From Coleofasciculus chthonoplastes F2-STO-03 (GTDB lineage: Bacteria > Cyanobacteriota > Cyanobacteriia > Cyanobacteriales > Coleofasciculaceae): DNA of 30,788 nt. Position numbers and translations under genes: made by a program. Each line of letters starts with the position of its first letter. The stretch's first letter is position 1. The stretch lies in NCBI GenBank assembly GCA_040222015.1, contig JAVJWO010000158.1, positions 1 to 30,788 on the forward strand, given 5' to 3'. The notes below the pieces were generated by a model. It was not told the origin of the DNA. It made no database searches and saw only the letters and a list, made by a program, of their open reading frames with translations. This document shows, in pieces, positions 1 to 9,686 of the stretch.

Positions 1-141
1 CCCTCTGGAGTTATCTAAATTAGGCTCAATACTTGGTAGTTTTCTACGGGTGTTTGGTTTAAGTATTGCCGCAAGGATAGATAATTGTAAGGTGTGTCGC
101 GGAACTAAGAATCCCCGCACTTATAGGGCGGGGAGTGTCAA
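1..141 (+). mobile_element. Right end of an IS200/IS605-family (TnpB-type) element; the rest lies left of the window
   Basis: Subterminal hairpin TCCCCGCAC-TTATA-GGGCGGGGA (112-134) followed by GTGTCAA ending at 141, matching the GAATCCCC...GGGGAGTGTCAA right-end layout of cyanobacterial IS605-type elements. The host reading frame resumes at 142. Confidence 0.8.
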
Positions 142-1401
142 ACCTCGGTGGGGGCGTCACAATTTGCACAATTTGCTGACGTACTCGCCAAGCTGCGCGG
201 GAATCAAGCTGTAGCGGAATGGCGTTCATTACAACAGGTAATGGCACCATTGGGACAAGCTGCGATCGCAATTCCTCCGGCGGCGGTACGCTGGGATTTG
301 GGGGTAGCGTTGACGGTGGGAAGATTTGCGCCGTCAATGTGGCAACATGGGCTAAATGTCATGAAACTGACGGGACCCTTTAGCCAGATTATGGATGATG
401 TGGTGTTTGACCCCTTCTTACGCAACTGGTTAAATCTCCTCTGTTTCCTGCTATCTGGACTTCCGGCGAATGGAACCAGCGCCGCAGAGATGGCGTTTAT
501 GTTTGCGGATTGGTATCAACCGGGTGTTGTCTTAGATTATCCCGTGGGAGGAAGTGGTGCACTCGTGGAAGCCTTGGTACGGGGACTGAAAAAACACGGG
601 GGTCAACTGAGGTTAAATGCTCATATTGAGCAAGTTTTGGTAGAGAATAATCGGGCGGTTGGTGTGCGATTACGCGGGGGTAAGGAAATCCGGGCGCGTC
701 AGGGGGTGGTGTCTAATGCCTCGGTTTGGGATACGCTGAAACTGATACCTGATGATGCAGTTCCGAAAGCGTTTCGCCAGTCTCGACAAGCTACACCCAC
801 TTGTGAGAGTTTCATGCATCTGCATCTGGGGATTGACGCCCAGGGATTACGTTCAGATTTAGCCTGTCACCATATTGTGGTCAACGATTGGAATAAAGGG
901 GTGACGGCGCCGCAAAATGTGGTGTTGATCTCAATTCCTTCGATTCTTGACCCCTCCCTGGCGCCACCAGGAAAACATACAATTCATGTATATACACCGG
1001 GGAATGAACCTTACGAACTTTGGCAGGGACTTGATCGCCGTAGTGAAGACTATTTACAGCAAAAGCAGGTGCGATCGCAAGTGATGTGGCAAGCCTTAGA
1101 GCGAATTATACCCGACGTGCGATCGCGGTGTGATTTAACCTTAGTTGGTACACCGTTAACCCATGAACGTTTTTTGCGACGTTATCGGGGTTCTTATGGA
1201 CCAGCGATTCAGGCGGGGGTTGGTTTCTTTCCCGGAGTGGGTACACCTCTACCCGGATTATACTGCTGTGGCGATTCCACCTTTCCTGGAATTGGACTAC
1301 CCGCAGTAGCGGCGAGTGGGATGATTGCGGCGAATACTCTTGCACCTGTACAGAAGCATTTAGATATGCTGAGGGAGATTGGTTGTGTTGACCCGTCATA
1401 A
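142..1401 (+). pseudogene. Carotenoid isomerase / phytoene desaturase family FAD-dependent oxidoreductase (CrtH/CrtISO-like); 3' part, separated from its N-terminus by the IS end
   Basis: Motifs YPVGGSGALVEALV, SFMHLHLG, GTPLTHERFL, LYCCGDSTFPGIGLPAVAASG. No N-terminal GxGxxG Rossmann motif. The frame is closed upstream by TAG at 124-126 inside the IS end, so GTG at 148 is probably an internal Val. Confidence 0.8.
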
Positions 1402-1409
1402 TAAGTGAA

Positions 1410-2552
1410 TCAGCGATCGCGTTCAATTTTGGCGATCGCCTCTTCTGGTGATGCATCTCCCTGAATCACAGACTTGATTCCCGGTAGATATTGATCCATC
1501 ATCGCCACGTTGGTATCAACTAAGCGCTTCATTTGAGGAAACGTGAGTGTTGAACCTTCAACATCAATGCTGGTTTTGTAGGCGACTTCTCCTTCAGCAA
1601 AGTCTAACTCAAAATTGCCGATAATCATGCCATAATTAGCTCTAGCGATGAATTCTCCTAAACCTCGACGCTTTGATTTGGGTACTGTAACTGGGCAAAT
1701 TGAGTAAAAAACGAATTGCTGTTCGTTTTCTCTCGCTCTAGCGTAGCAAGTCCATTGACCATTTTTTCCCTGGAATCCCATTTGTAATACAGGTTGTCCT
1801 TTTATCTGGTAAAAAGACCAGTCGTCCTGTTTGAAGAAATTGACCATTTCCGCAAAAATCTGGATGCTGGATGGTTCAGGTTCGGTGATGGTGCTAGGTA
1901 CTTGCTTTTCTATGGCATCCAGACTAACATCAGCTAATTCTTTGAAGAAATTAAGCATTCCATCAAGCATCTGAGATGTTGCTTTTTGCGTAACGGCAGA
2001 TAAGTTATTCTCTGTCCATTCTTTGAAGAATTTAGCAACGGCTTGATTCATTTCCTCACTGGATGTTTCACCAGAAGCCAGTGCGGAGGGATTAATATAA
2101 GCCCAGATTGTACTGTAACCTGTTTCGCCTGATTCCTGGTGCTGTTTTACGGATAAGGCTAACCAATTTTCAGTAGAAAGCAGGGGGTGGTTGGGTTGTT
2201 CTTGGCTAAGATTCAGGAGATAGGTTGCAGCTTGGTTTGCATCGGCGGCGTGTTCTGTTAGGTGTTGAAGTAAGTCGGGTTTTAGACTGGTTTCGATGGT
2301 GATGTCGGGTTCAGGGAGGAATTCACCAGAGGAGAAATTACCGCGTATTTCTGGTTTAAGGTTGAATAAGGCTTGGGTGTCGATGCGTTTGTAAAGTGTA
2401 AGGTTAACGTTGAAGGTGAGACGACACTCGATGAGTTGATCGTTATCTTTACATAGGGACAGGGTGATTATTTGGACATTTAGGGGAATTTGGCTTTGAG
2501 TGTGTAGTGTTGACTTACTGTTTAGATTACAATATTCAGTATTAGTAATCAT
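1410..2552 (-). CDS. YbjN domain-containing protein (C-terminal YbjN / T3SS-chaperone-like domain)
   Basis: C-terminal FFKQDDWSF...GFQGKNGQWTCYA...FIARANYGMIIGNFELDFAEGEVAYKTSIDVEG is typical of cyanobacterial YbjN-domain proteins; the N-terminal half is unassigned. Confidence 0.75.
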   Translation of the reverse strand: MITNTEYCNLNSKSTLHTQSQIPLNVQIITLSLCKDNDQLIECRLTFNVNLTLYKRIDTQALFNLKPEIRGNFSSGEFLPEPDITIETSLKPDLLQHLTEHAADANQAATYLLNLSQEQPNHPLLSTENWLALSVKQHQESGETGYSTIWAYINPSALASGETSSEEMNQAVAKFFKEWTENNLSAVTQKATSQMLDGMLNFFKELADVSLDAIEKQVPSTITEPEPSSIQIFAEMVNFFKQDDWSFYQIKGQPVLQMGFQGKNGQWTCYARARENEQQFVFYSICPVTVPKSKRRGLGEFIARANYGMIIGNFELDFAEGEVAYKTSIDVEGSTLTFPQMKRLVDTNVAMMDQYLPGIKSVIQGDASPEEAIAKIERDR

Positions 2553-2766
2553 GGGTCACATCTAAATTTCAGCTTAACTCTTTTTGCTTAGTAACTAGAT
2601 TACTGTTGTATATTTATCACAACTACGGCATAAGTTAGCCAAATCATATTATGATTTGTATTTGAATAAATAATGCTATTATGATTGCCATTTTTTAATT
2701 GTATTCTATCGTTCACTTCAAAACTTAAAGTTTCACTGCTGAAAGATTAATTAAACTTTGGAAAAC

Positions 2767-3894
2767 TCATAAAATACAATGAATATCTTGTTTTTGACCA
2801 TATTTGTAAAGACACCCAGGTTCAAATCGATTACCCTCTTGCTGCCACCAAGTTTTGGCGCACACCACTACACTATTTAAATCATCATGTTCAACAGAAA
2901 GCTTTGGACTGAATTCAGCAAAATTCTTGCCCGTTATAATGTATAGTTCCTGGATTAATTGACTTTGTTTATTTGGTTTATGCTGATTATTTTCTAAAAC
3001 TTTGATCACATTTGGCAACCAAATAGGTTGACATAATCGGTAACAAACATTGCCGACCAATTCATTTTTATATTCATCCCACCACTTTTCTAATTCTTCT
3101 ATTTTTTGATTGTCATCCAAGCCTTCTCCCGTGAGTCCATGTAGCTTATAAATTGCTTCTTGTGATAGATCTGAATTTTCATCTTCTACACAAAATATCA
3201 ACTCCCTAATTACTTCTTTTACCCCTAAATAGAACATCGCATCCATCGCATCCCTACGAATCTCAGTGATCTGATCATGCAAGGCTTCTTTAAGCACAGA
3301 AAATAGTCCTGGTGCCACTATATGCTTCAAAGCTTTAACCGCCTCAATTCGGATAATTGAATCTTCTTCTCTTGCTAAGGAGATAATAAGAGATGCTTTT
3401 TGCTGATCACCTAATTTTGCTAGAGCTACTATAGTCGAAATTACAAAATTGTAATGATACTTCAGTTCATCCTGTTCTAGAGTTTGTTCAACAACTCGGA
3501 GCAATTGTTCTATAGCTTGCGAATCCTGTAATTCTCCTAGAGCATTAGCTGCCCAAGTCCTCGCACTCTCAAGATTTTCCACATCCATTAATTGGTTTAT
3601 TAAGGGTTGTAAAGCTCGTCGATCTTTCAACTTTCCTAGCATTTTAAATGCAGTGGAACGTAAATAGGTATTTTCCTCGTTCAAAAGAGGAATCATAAGC
3701 GGAACAATTTCTGGATTGTTTATATGGAAAATTACCTGGCGTAAGTTCCGAGCTTCTCTTGTAGAACTTTCACGCATAGCACTAATGATTGATGGAACTG
3801 CTGTTACACCAAGTTGTACTAACGAAGACGTTGATGCACTTGCTTCTGCATCATTTTTTTTTACATTCTCAATTAAATTTTCAATTTTATTCAT
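2767..3894 (-). CDS. HEAT-repeat (PBS lyase-like) protein, candidate immunity/partner of the upstream toxin
   Basis: Repeated HEAT units (LRSTAFKMLGKLKDRRALQPLI, ARTWAANALGELQDSQAIEQLL, IRIEAVKALKHI, IRRDAMDAMFYLG). Starts 38 bp after the toxin stop on the same strand; AT-rich. Confidence 0.75.
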   Translation of the reverse strand: MNKIENLIENVKKNDAEASASTSSLVQLGVTAVPSIISAMRESSTREARNLRQVIFHINNPEIVPLMIPLLNEENTYLRSTAFKMLGKLKDRRALQPLINQLMDVENLESARTWAANALGELQDSQAIEQLLRVVEQTLEQDELKYHYNFVISTIVALAKLGDQQKASLIISLAREEDSIIRIEAVKALKHIVAPGLFSVLKEALHDQITEIRRDAMDAMFYLGVKEVIRELIFCVEDENSDLSQEAIYKLHGLTGEGLDDNQKIEELEKWWDEYKNELVGNVCYRLCQPIWLPNVIKVLENNQHKPNKQSQLIQELYIITGKNFAEFSPKLSVEHDDLNSVVVCAKTWWQQEGNRFEPGCLYKYGQKQDIHCIL

Positions 3895-3932
3895 GCTAAA
3901 TTATTTCAACTATACTTTTTGTCTTTAAAAAA

Positions 3933-6900
3933 CTAGTTAATTTCTAACAAGTTCTTTAGTGTACTCTTGCGGCTAGTCCACCAACCAGAAAACGGTGAAT
4001 GCTCACTGTCTCTTAAATATTGCAGGTTGTTGTTATCTGTTTGTGAACCTCCCCAGTTTACTGGATGTATGTGATGTTGACTCCAACCTACTAGCCATAT
4101 ATCCTCATAAGACATTCCATATTGGCTATATTGATCTTCTACCTTTTTCCTGGCTCCATGATCTATTAATTGGTCAATTGATTTACTTTGCCAGTTTGCA
4201 TTTTCTGCATTTTCTGTTACACCTAGATGTCCAAGGATTTCACATTTAGCTATTTCTTCATTCCCTTGGTTTGCCTTTTTTATATCGGTAAGAGCTTTAC
4301 GATGTCTCTCGTATTCAGGTTGTATAATTTCCTTACGCCATTCGTCTGTATGTTTATTACCTCCTGTATTACCAGAGATTTCATATTTCCCCTGTGGTTG
4401 CGGTACTATAGTGTTGTTTTTCAGTCCATCAAACTCTTCATTAGCTGGATGAGGTGTGGCAGTAGAGGGGGGGTAACCTGTCCAGTCAAAATAAGAAAAT
4501 TCTCCTTCTATATTACCTCGACTGTTGACTTTAGCTTTGTAAGAATTATCTTTTTCAAGGCTTTTTTCTTCTGGCTCTGTCTCCCCTTCCGGATTGATCT
4601 GACCATGAACATGAACTATTTCCTTCGTATCATCTTTACTATCGACAACAAGTTCAAGCGACGTCATCTTGTATTTTGACTTAATACCCGGTAAGCGTTC
4701 CCTGATTTCATCAGAGGACATTTCTTTGTTATTCAATAACACATCAGCATCAGTCAATGCTCTATTAAGATCGGCTTTCTTTTCTTCCGCAGTCCGCTCA
4801 TCTGGTTCATCTTCCTCGCCTTCCTCTCCTTTACCAATACCCAGCCGCCTTAATAGACTAGCCGCCATCTGCTTGGCTTTGTTAAGTACAAACTCGATCG
4901 CGTCATCAACCCGTTTGCGAATCCCTTCAACAACATTCTGTACCTTTCGAGCCAATCCACTAACACCGATCAACGAAGCCAAGAAACCAATCGCCACAGG
5001 CAAAGCTTTAGCCAGCGCCGACTCAATTAAACTCGCCGCTTGACCCAGTGAACCCGATGCGATCGCACCAATCGATTCGGTGATCGCCTGCACCAGTTCG
5101 ACAACCTGGCTACCTCGATTGACGAAGAACATGACAATGTTATAAATTGTCTGCGCCGCCTTGACAAACGCTCCGGCTGGTGTCAACAGACCCAGCATCC
5201 AGCTCACACCGGACTGAATCACTTGGGTAATCACCATATCCTTAATCTGGTCAATCACCTGCTCTTTCAAGTCAGTAAACTGATCTTGAACCTGTTCCCA
5301 TAACGCGATCGCTCCTTGAGACTGGAAGACTTGGAACATTTCTAACCCTTGTTCCATCGCCGCTACGACTGGATCTCCAAACATCCTCACTGCCTTGGAA
5401 CGGATATAATCCCACGTCAGACCCAGTATTTGCGCGACTAAATTAAAAATACCCTCTAAGCTGAACAGATCATCGGGAATCTGAATCCCCAAGCCTCCCA
5501 TCGTCCCAGTCAACCAGGCAACCAGTCCGCCTTGCAAGTGGGTGGCAACATTGCCGACAAAGTTATCTAAGCCCTGCTTCACCCCACTAATTAAATTACC
5601 CAAGAACCCAATCGGGTCTGATAGAATCGCGCCAATTGCACTCGCTGCACCTGCCAACACGCCTTCGAGCATGGAGCGGATTTGCGCGATCGTGTTGAAA
5701 ACCCCACCCATCATATCCGTGAATTGGTTGACTAAACCCTGATTTTCCGCTTGCATCTCCTCAATGCGGGCATCAACCTCTTGCAGACTCGTGCTGTACT
5801 GCTGTGCCAATGAGTCGATTAACTCATTTTGTTTGTTATTAACACTTTCCTCTAACTGATCAAATCGGCTCTGAATATTTTGTGCTGCCTCTTCTCCTAC
5901 CTGTCGGAGATTGTCTGGCAACCCAGCCACATATTCCTGAATCTCCTGCTTACCTTGATCAATTCGTTCTTTTGCCTCATTGAGTTTTTCAGCGACATAA
6001 TTGGCAATATCGGTGAGTGCGATATCCATCTCATCGATATATAATTGCCGCCCATCGACAAAGAATTGATTCACCTCTGGTGGTAAGCCAAATACCGCAT
6101 CACCGAACCGTTCATCGTAGCCTGTAATATCCCACAACTCACCGTAACGTTCTTGTTTGTAGGCGTCCATTTTTTCACCAACGTAAGCCTCAAACTTCTG
6201 CTTGGCTGCTGCTGCACCAGCGTCAAATTTATTAGTGACTTCTGTATCTAAATCACTGAGAATCGTTTCAACATCTGTCTTTGTTTGCTCATAAATGCCA
6301 TTAATTTCATTAGCAACTCTAGTTCGTTCCTGTTCATCTTGGCTCTTTGTTTCATCTTGAAGCCCCATCACCTCATTTAACTGTTGCTCCCGCTGACCAT
6401 GCATTTCCCCTAACTGGGTTTGAGCCATGGTTTGAGCCTCAGTTTGCCCCTGAGTTAATATCCCTTGCTCCTCGGCGCGATAGGCAGTAGGTGCTGTCGC
6501 CGCATGATCCTGTGCCTGTCTCTTGGCATCTAGTGCGGCAATAAATTCGGGTTCATTAGAATTCGCCAGTTGTTCCTCGGTGACATTTTCTGCCGCCATC
6601 TGCTGGTCGAGTTCTTGGCTATTTGCCTGTAGCGGTGCAGATACTTCAGCCTCACTCCTCGCTTGGGGAACAGCTCCCTCGGCATTGACATCGTTTGGCT
6701 CTCCCGCCTCTGGCTGCTCTAGCGGTGTCGCTTCTCTGGGGTCAATACTACTGGTATCCGGTTCTGCCTCGACTGTATCTTGAATACCTCCTGCGGCTTG
6801 TTCCTGTTCCTGGGTAACTTGTGAGGATACCTCTTGCCTAACTGAATCGATTTGATTATTGTTTTGGAATTGTTCGGCTTCTTCTTGATTGGTGGGAGTA

Positions 6901-8516
6901 ATCGCCGCAATTCGTTCCAGCAACGCCGCCTTGAACGCTTCCCCATTGAAGGTTCCTGGCTCCTGCTGATCCATTTGCTGAACCTGAGCATCTTGCGCTT
7001 GGCTCTCTACCTCATTATCGGGGGATTGCGCTGCATCTTGGGCTTCCTGTGACTCAGATTCGGCTGGATCATGTTGTCGCTCTTGTTCGGCAACCCCCTC
7101 CACCTGACTAACCACACCTTGGAATCCGGGATCGGCTTCTGGGGAAGCGGGAGATGTTGCTCCGCCACCAGCCCCCGGTGATGCACCGCCAGAAGCGGCT
7201 GCCTGTGTTGCGGCTGTACTGCCACCTGCTGCCATTTCAGGTGCTGCTGTGGCATCCCCACTTTCTACCATCTCTGGGGCTGCTGCACTCCCACTTTCAT
7301 TGACTACCTGGGGAGTGGCTGGAGCCATGTCACCACCTGATTCTGGCGCTGGTGCGGGAGTGGGGGGTGCTGGTTGGGGTTTATTCTCTTTTACTGTTTG
7401 TTCTTGGGGATTTTCTCGGCGTTGGATTTTCAGTTGTGTCGGAAAACCGGATACCAAACGTTCTTGTGTCTGTAACTTATTTCCCTTTGTCGCAACTTGG
7501 CTATCGGTTTTCGCCTGAACTTGACTGCCATTTTGCTGAACAACATGAGTTAATTCATGCGCCAATAATTCCTGTCCTGGCTGATTATCGGGTTGATATT
7601 CTCCCTGTTTAAAGAAGATATCTGTACCTGTGGTAAATGCCTTGGCTTGAATTGACTCATTCAGTTTGTTCGACTTACTATCGGTGTGAACCTGAACTTG
7701 ACTAAAATCTGCCCCGAACGCCTGCTCCATTGGCTGGCGTATTTTATTGGAAATTGGCTGTCCCCTACCTCGTTTCTGTTGAATCTCCTGCTCTAGATTC
7801 GGTGCAGCCTTAGCTTCACTAGCATCCGATGATTGTGGTGTACCTTTCTTCTGAACCGTTTCTGTATTTGTTTGAGTTTGATTTAATATAGGATTGACTG
7901 GTTTAACAGGCGACTGAATCCGCTGCGGCTGTAAGAATTCGCCAGTTTGAAAAGCATTGAGTTGATTTAATTTGGGGTGAGAGGCGGGTTGAATTTGCTG
8001 AGAAGAGGAATTTGTGAACTTGCCTAGATTTACCTGTCTGGGGATCGAGGATGACGGTGTACCTGGAACATTTACCGGAATTCCGAGTAAATTGTGATAG
8101 TCTTCTGATTTTTCTGTCTGTTGATCAGGTGTGTCTGGTGTGTCAGATTGGCGTTGAACGGTTGGAGGTTCACTCGATGATATCTCATCTTCTTCAGCGT
8201 CTGGTATTTCCTGTCGCTGGATAGTTTCATCTTCTTCCTGCAACTCTTGTTCAGCTTCTGGCTCAACTTTTTCCTCAGTTTCAACTGACTGCTGTTGAAT
8301 CGAATTATCTAATCCCCTGAAGTTAACTTGCCTTTGTACAGAAGATGGCGATGTACCCGGAGCGTTGATGGGGAGTTCTAAGAAATTACGAGCAGGTTGT
8401 TGCGCTTTCGCCTGGATTTCAGTATCTTCTTCTTGATTTTCACCGCTGTTTACCTGAGGTTCAGGGATTTCCTCGGCTTCACTGTCGGATATTTCCTGAC
8501 GCTGGATAGTATCATC
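3933..8516 (-). CDS. DUF4157 (eCIS core domain) polymorphic toxin: Q/E-rich N-terminus, DUF4157, long helical/tape-measure-like middle, C-terminal HNH-like nuclease tip; 5' end apparently truncated
   Basis: DUF4157 signature MEQAFGADFSQVQVHTD...AKAFTTGTDIFF...ELLAHELTHVVQQ; C-terminal WSQHHIHPVNWGGSQTDNNNLQYLRDSEH. The frame stays open 91 codons above the ORF-track TTG at 8243, up to TAA at 8517-8519, with no in-frame ATG. Confidence 0.8.
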   Translation of the reverse strand, partial: DDTIQRQEISDSEAEEIPEPQVNSGENQEEDTEIQAKAQQPARNFLELPINAPGTSPSSVQRQVNFRGLDNSIQQQSVETEEKVEPEAEQELQEEDETIQRQEIPDAEEDEISSSEPPTVQRQSDTPDTPDQQTEKSEDYHNLLGIPVNVPGTPSSSIPRQVNLGKFTNSSSQQIQPASHPKLNQLNAFQTGEFLQPQRIQSPVKPVNPILNQTQTNTETVQKKGTPQSSDASEAKAAPNLEQEIQQKRGRGQPISNKIRQPMEQAFGADFSQVQVHTDSKSNKLNESIQAKAFTTGTDIFFKQGEYQPDNQPGQELLAHELTHVVQQNGSQVQAKTDSQVATKGNKLQTQERLVSGFPTQLKIQRRENPQEQTVKENKPQPAPPTPAPAPESGGDMAPATPQVVNESGSAAAPEMVESGDATAAPEMAAGGSTAATQAAASGGASPGAGGGATSPASPEADPGFQGVVSQVEGVAEQERQHDPAESESQEAQDAAQSPDNEVESQAQDAQVQQMDQQEPGTFNGEAFKAALLERIAAITPTNQEEAEQFQNNNQIDSVRQEVSSQVTQEQEQAAGGIQDTVEAEPDTSSIDPREATPLEQPEAGEPNDVNAEGAVPQARSEAEVSAPLQANSQELDQQMAAENVTEEQLANSNEPEFIAALDAKRQAQDHAATAPTAYRAEEQGILTQGQTEAQTMAQTQLGEMHGQREQQLNEVMGLQDETKSQDEQERTRVANEINGIYEQTKTDVETILSDLDTEVTNKFDAGAAAAKQKFEAYVGEKMDAYKQERYGELWDITGYDERFGDAVFGLPPEVNQFFVDGRQLYIDEMDIALTDIANYVAEKLNEAKERIDQGKQEIQEYVAGLPDNLRQVGEEAAQNIQSRFDQLEESVNNKQNELIDSLAQQYSTSLQEVDARIEEMQAENQGLVNQFTDMMGGVFNTIAQIRSMLEGVLAGAASAIGAILSDPIGFLGNLISGVKQGLDNFVGNVATHLQGGLVAWLTGTMGGLGIQIPDDLFSLEGIFNLVAQILGLTWDYIRSKAVRMFGDPVVAAMEQGLEMFQVFQSQGAIALWEQVQDQFTDLKEQVIDQIKDMVITQVIQSGVSWMLGLLTPAGAFVKAAQTIYNIVMFFVNRGSQVVELVQAITESIGAIASGSLGQAASLIESALAKALPVAIGFLASLIGVSGLARKVQNVVEGIRKRVDDAIEFVLNKAKQMAASLLRRLGIGKGEEGEEDEPDERTAEEKKADLNRALTDADVLLNNKEMSSDEIRERLPGIKSKYKMTSLELVVDSKDDTKEIVHVHGQINPEGETEPEEKSLEKDNSYKAKVNSRGNIEGEFSYFDWTGYPPSTATPHPANEEFDGLKNNTIVPQPQGKYEISGNTGGNKHTDEWRKEIIQPEYERHRKALTDIKKANQGNEEIAKCEILGHLGVTENAENANWQSKSIDQLIDHGARKKVEDQYSQYGMSYEDIWLVGWSQHHIHPVNWGGSQTDNNNLQYLRDSEHSPFSGWWTSRKSTLKNLLEIN

Positions 8517-8593
8517 TTATGGCTGAAAATTAACACAATTGTGATCAAATTTATGCTGTCAACTGAATAAGTTTTGTTAAACTAACTAACATT

Positions 8594-8607
8594 AGTACAC
8601 ATGTACA
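8594..8607. promoter_or_regulatory. Putative cyanobacterial LexA (SOS) box
   Basis: AGTACACATGTACA matches the cyanobacterial LexA consensus AGTACWNWTGTACT at 13 of 14 positions; intergenic, overlapping a TACAAT -10-like hexamer. Confidence 0.45.
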
Positions 8608-8693
8608 ATTAGAACGTGAGGCTTCTCGCAGATAAAGCTAAACTTCCTGCAATGTCTGGGAACCTTGAATATTTGATGTATGTTTAGTGTCCT

Positions 8694-8919
8694 TACGCTG
8701 GGATTTGGGGGTAGCGTTGACGGTGGGACGATTTGCGCCGTCAATGTGGCAACATGGGCTGAATCCCATGAAGTTGACAGGACTCTTTAGCCAAATTATG
8801 GATGATAGAGTTTCGCTCGTCTCGACAAGCCACACCCGCTTGTGAGAGTTTCATGCATCTGCATCTGGGGATTGACGCCCAAGGATTACGTTCAAATTTA
8901 GCCTGTCACCCTATTGTGG
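8694..8919 (+). pseudogene. Internally deleted duplicate fragment of the carotenoid-isomerase-like gene
   Basis: 8694-8806 aligns with 287-399 and 8807-8919 with 768-880, with scattered substitutions; 400-767 is absent. Confidence 0.9.
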
Positions 8920-8957
8920 CACGTATAATTAAACATGAAAAACGACACAAAAAAAAT

Positions 8958-9230
8958 ATGCTAGCTTTACCTAAATTGCACAACCTACCAAATAGTTTCC
9001 CTGTTGAAGGAGCGGTTCGTATTGAATTGGTTGAAGGAATTCCTCTATTTCGGGCATCCATTACTGTTCAAGAACGTATTGACACACTATTAGAGAAACA
9101 ACAAAAATTACCCCTCAATACTGAAGAAGAACAAGAACTAGATTTATATGAAGAAATTGATGACTATCTCAGTTTTGTAAATCGGACTGTTCGCAATCTT
9201 TATTTAACCCAAAATCAATTCAATTTATAA
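8958..9230 (+). CDS. Small hypothetical protein (90 aa), antitoxin-like partner of the downstream HNH
   Basis: ATG at 8958 (MLALPKL...); C-terminal QERIDTLLEKQQKLPLNTEEEQELDLYEEIDDYLS helical motif; 3 bp from the HNH gene. The longer ORF from 8802 only adds the carotenoid-gene fragment. Confidence 0.65.
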   Translation: MLALPKLHNLPNSFPVEGAVRIELVEGIPLFRASITVQERIDTLLEKQQKLPLNTEEEQELDLYEEIDDYLSFVNRTVRNLYLTQNQFNL

Positions 9231-9233
9231 ACG

Positions 9234-9686
9234 ATGCCTGCTCGTCGTCCAATTTCTGAAACGATCCAATACCAAGTTCGTCAGCGGGCTAATCTTTTAT
9301 GCGAATACTGTCATGCTTCTGAACAATGGCAATATGTAACCTTTACTATCGAGCATATCATTCCACTCGCGAAAAATGGAGCCGATACTCTTGACAATTT
9401 GGCTTTAGCTTGCTTCCATTGTAACCGCAAGAAATCAGATCGAATGACAGCCATTGATCCTCAGTCAGAGGCAGAAGTCCCCCTGTTTAACCCCAGACAA
9501 GATAATTGGAGTAATCATTTTATTTGGTCAGCGGATGGACTATTCATCATCGGTTTAACCCCAGTTGGACGGACAACGGTTACAGCATTAGCCTTAAATC
9601 GAGAAAGAGTCATTAATATTCGTGCGGCGGACAAAGCTGTAGGGCGACATCCACTACCAGGCGATCCAATTCAGTCAGAAAATTGA
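9234..9686 (+). CDS. HNH endonuclease
   Basis: CEYC...IEHIIPLAKNGADTLDNLALACFHCNRKK, LFNPRQDNWSNHF. Confidence 0.9.
   Translation: MPARRPISETIQYQVRQRANLLCEYCHASEQWQYVTFTIEHIIPLAKNGADTLDNLALACFHCNRKKSDRMTAIDPQSEAEVPLFNPRQDNWSNHFIWSADGLFIIGLTPVGRTTVTALALNRERVINIRAADKAVGRHPLPGDPIQSEN

Noticed and set aside
1..141. IStron (group I intron-IS chimera) that would splice out of the carotenoid gene
   Set aside because: The element ends in TCAA rather than the terminal G required by group I introns, and no intron core is visible.
3716..7612. Many short ORFs overlapping the toxin gene, and similar ones within lysS, dnaE and the FGE genes
   Set aside because: Antisense or off-frame shadows of well-supported long genes, with no motifs.
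8802..8957. N-terminal extension of the 142-aa ORF
   Set aside because: It is the duplicated carotenoid-gene fragment falling in frame by chance; ATG 8958 is the likelier start.
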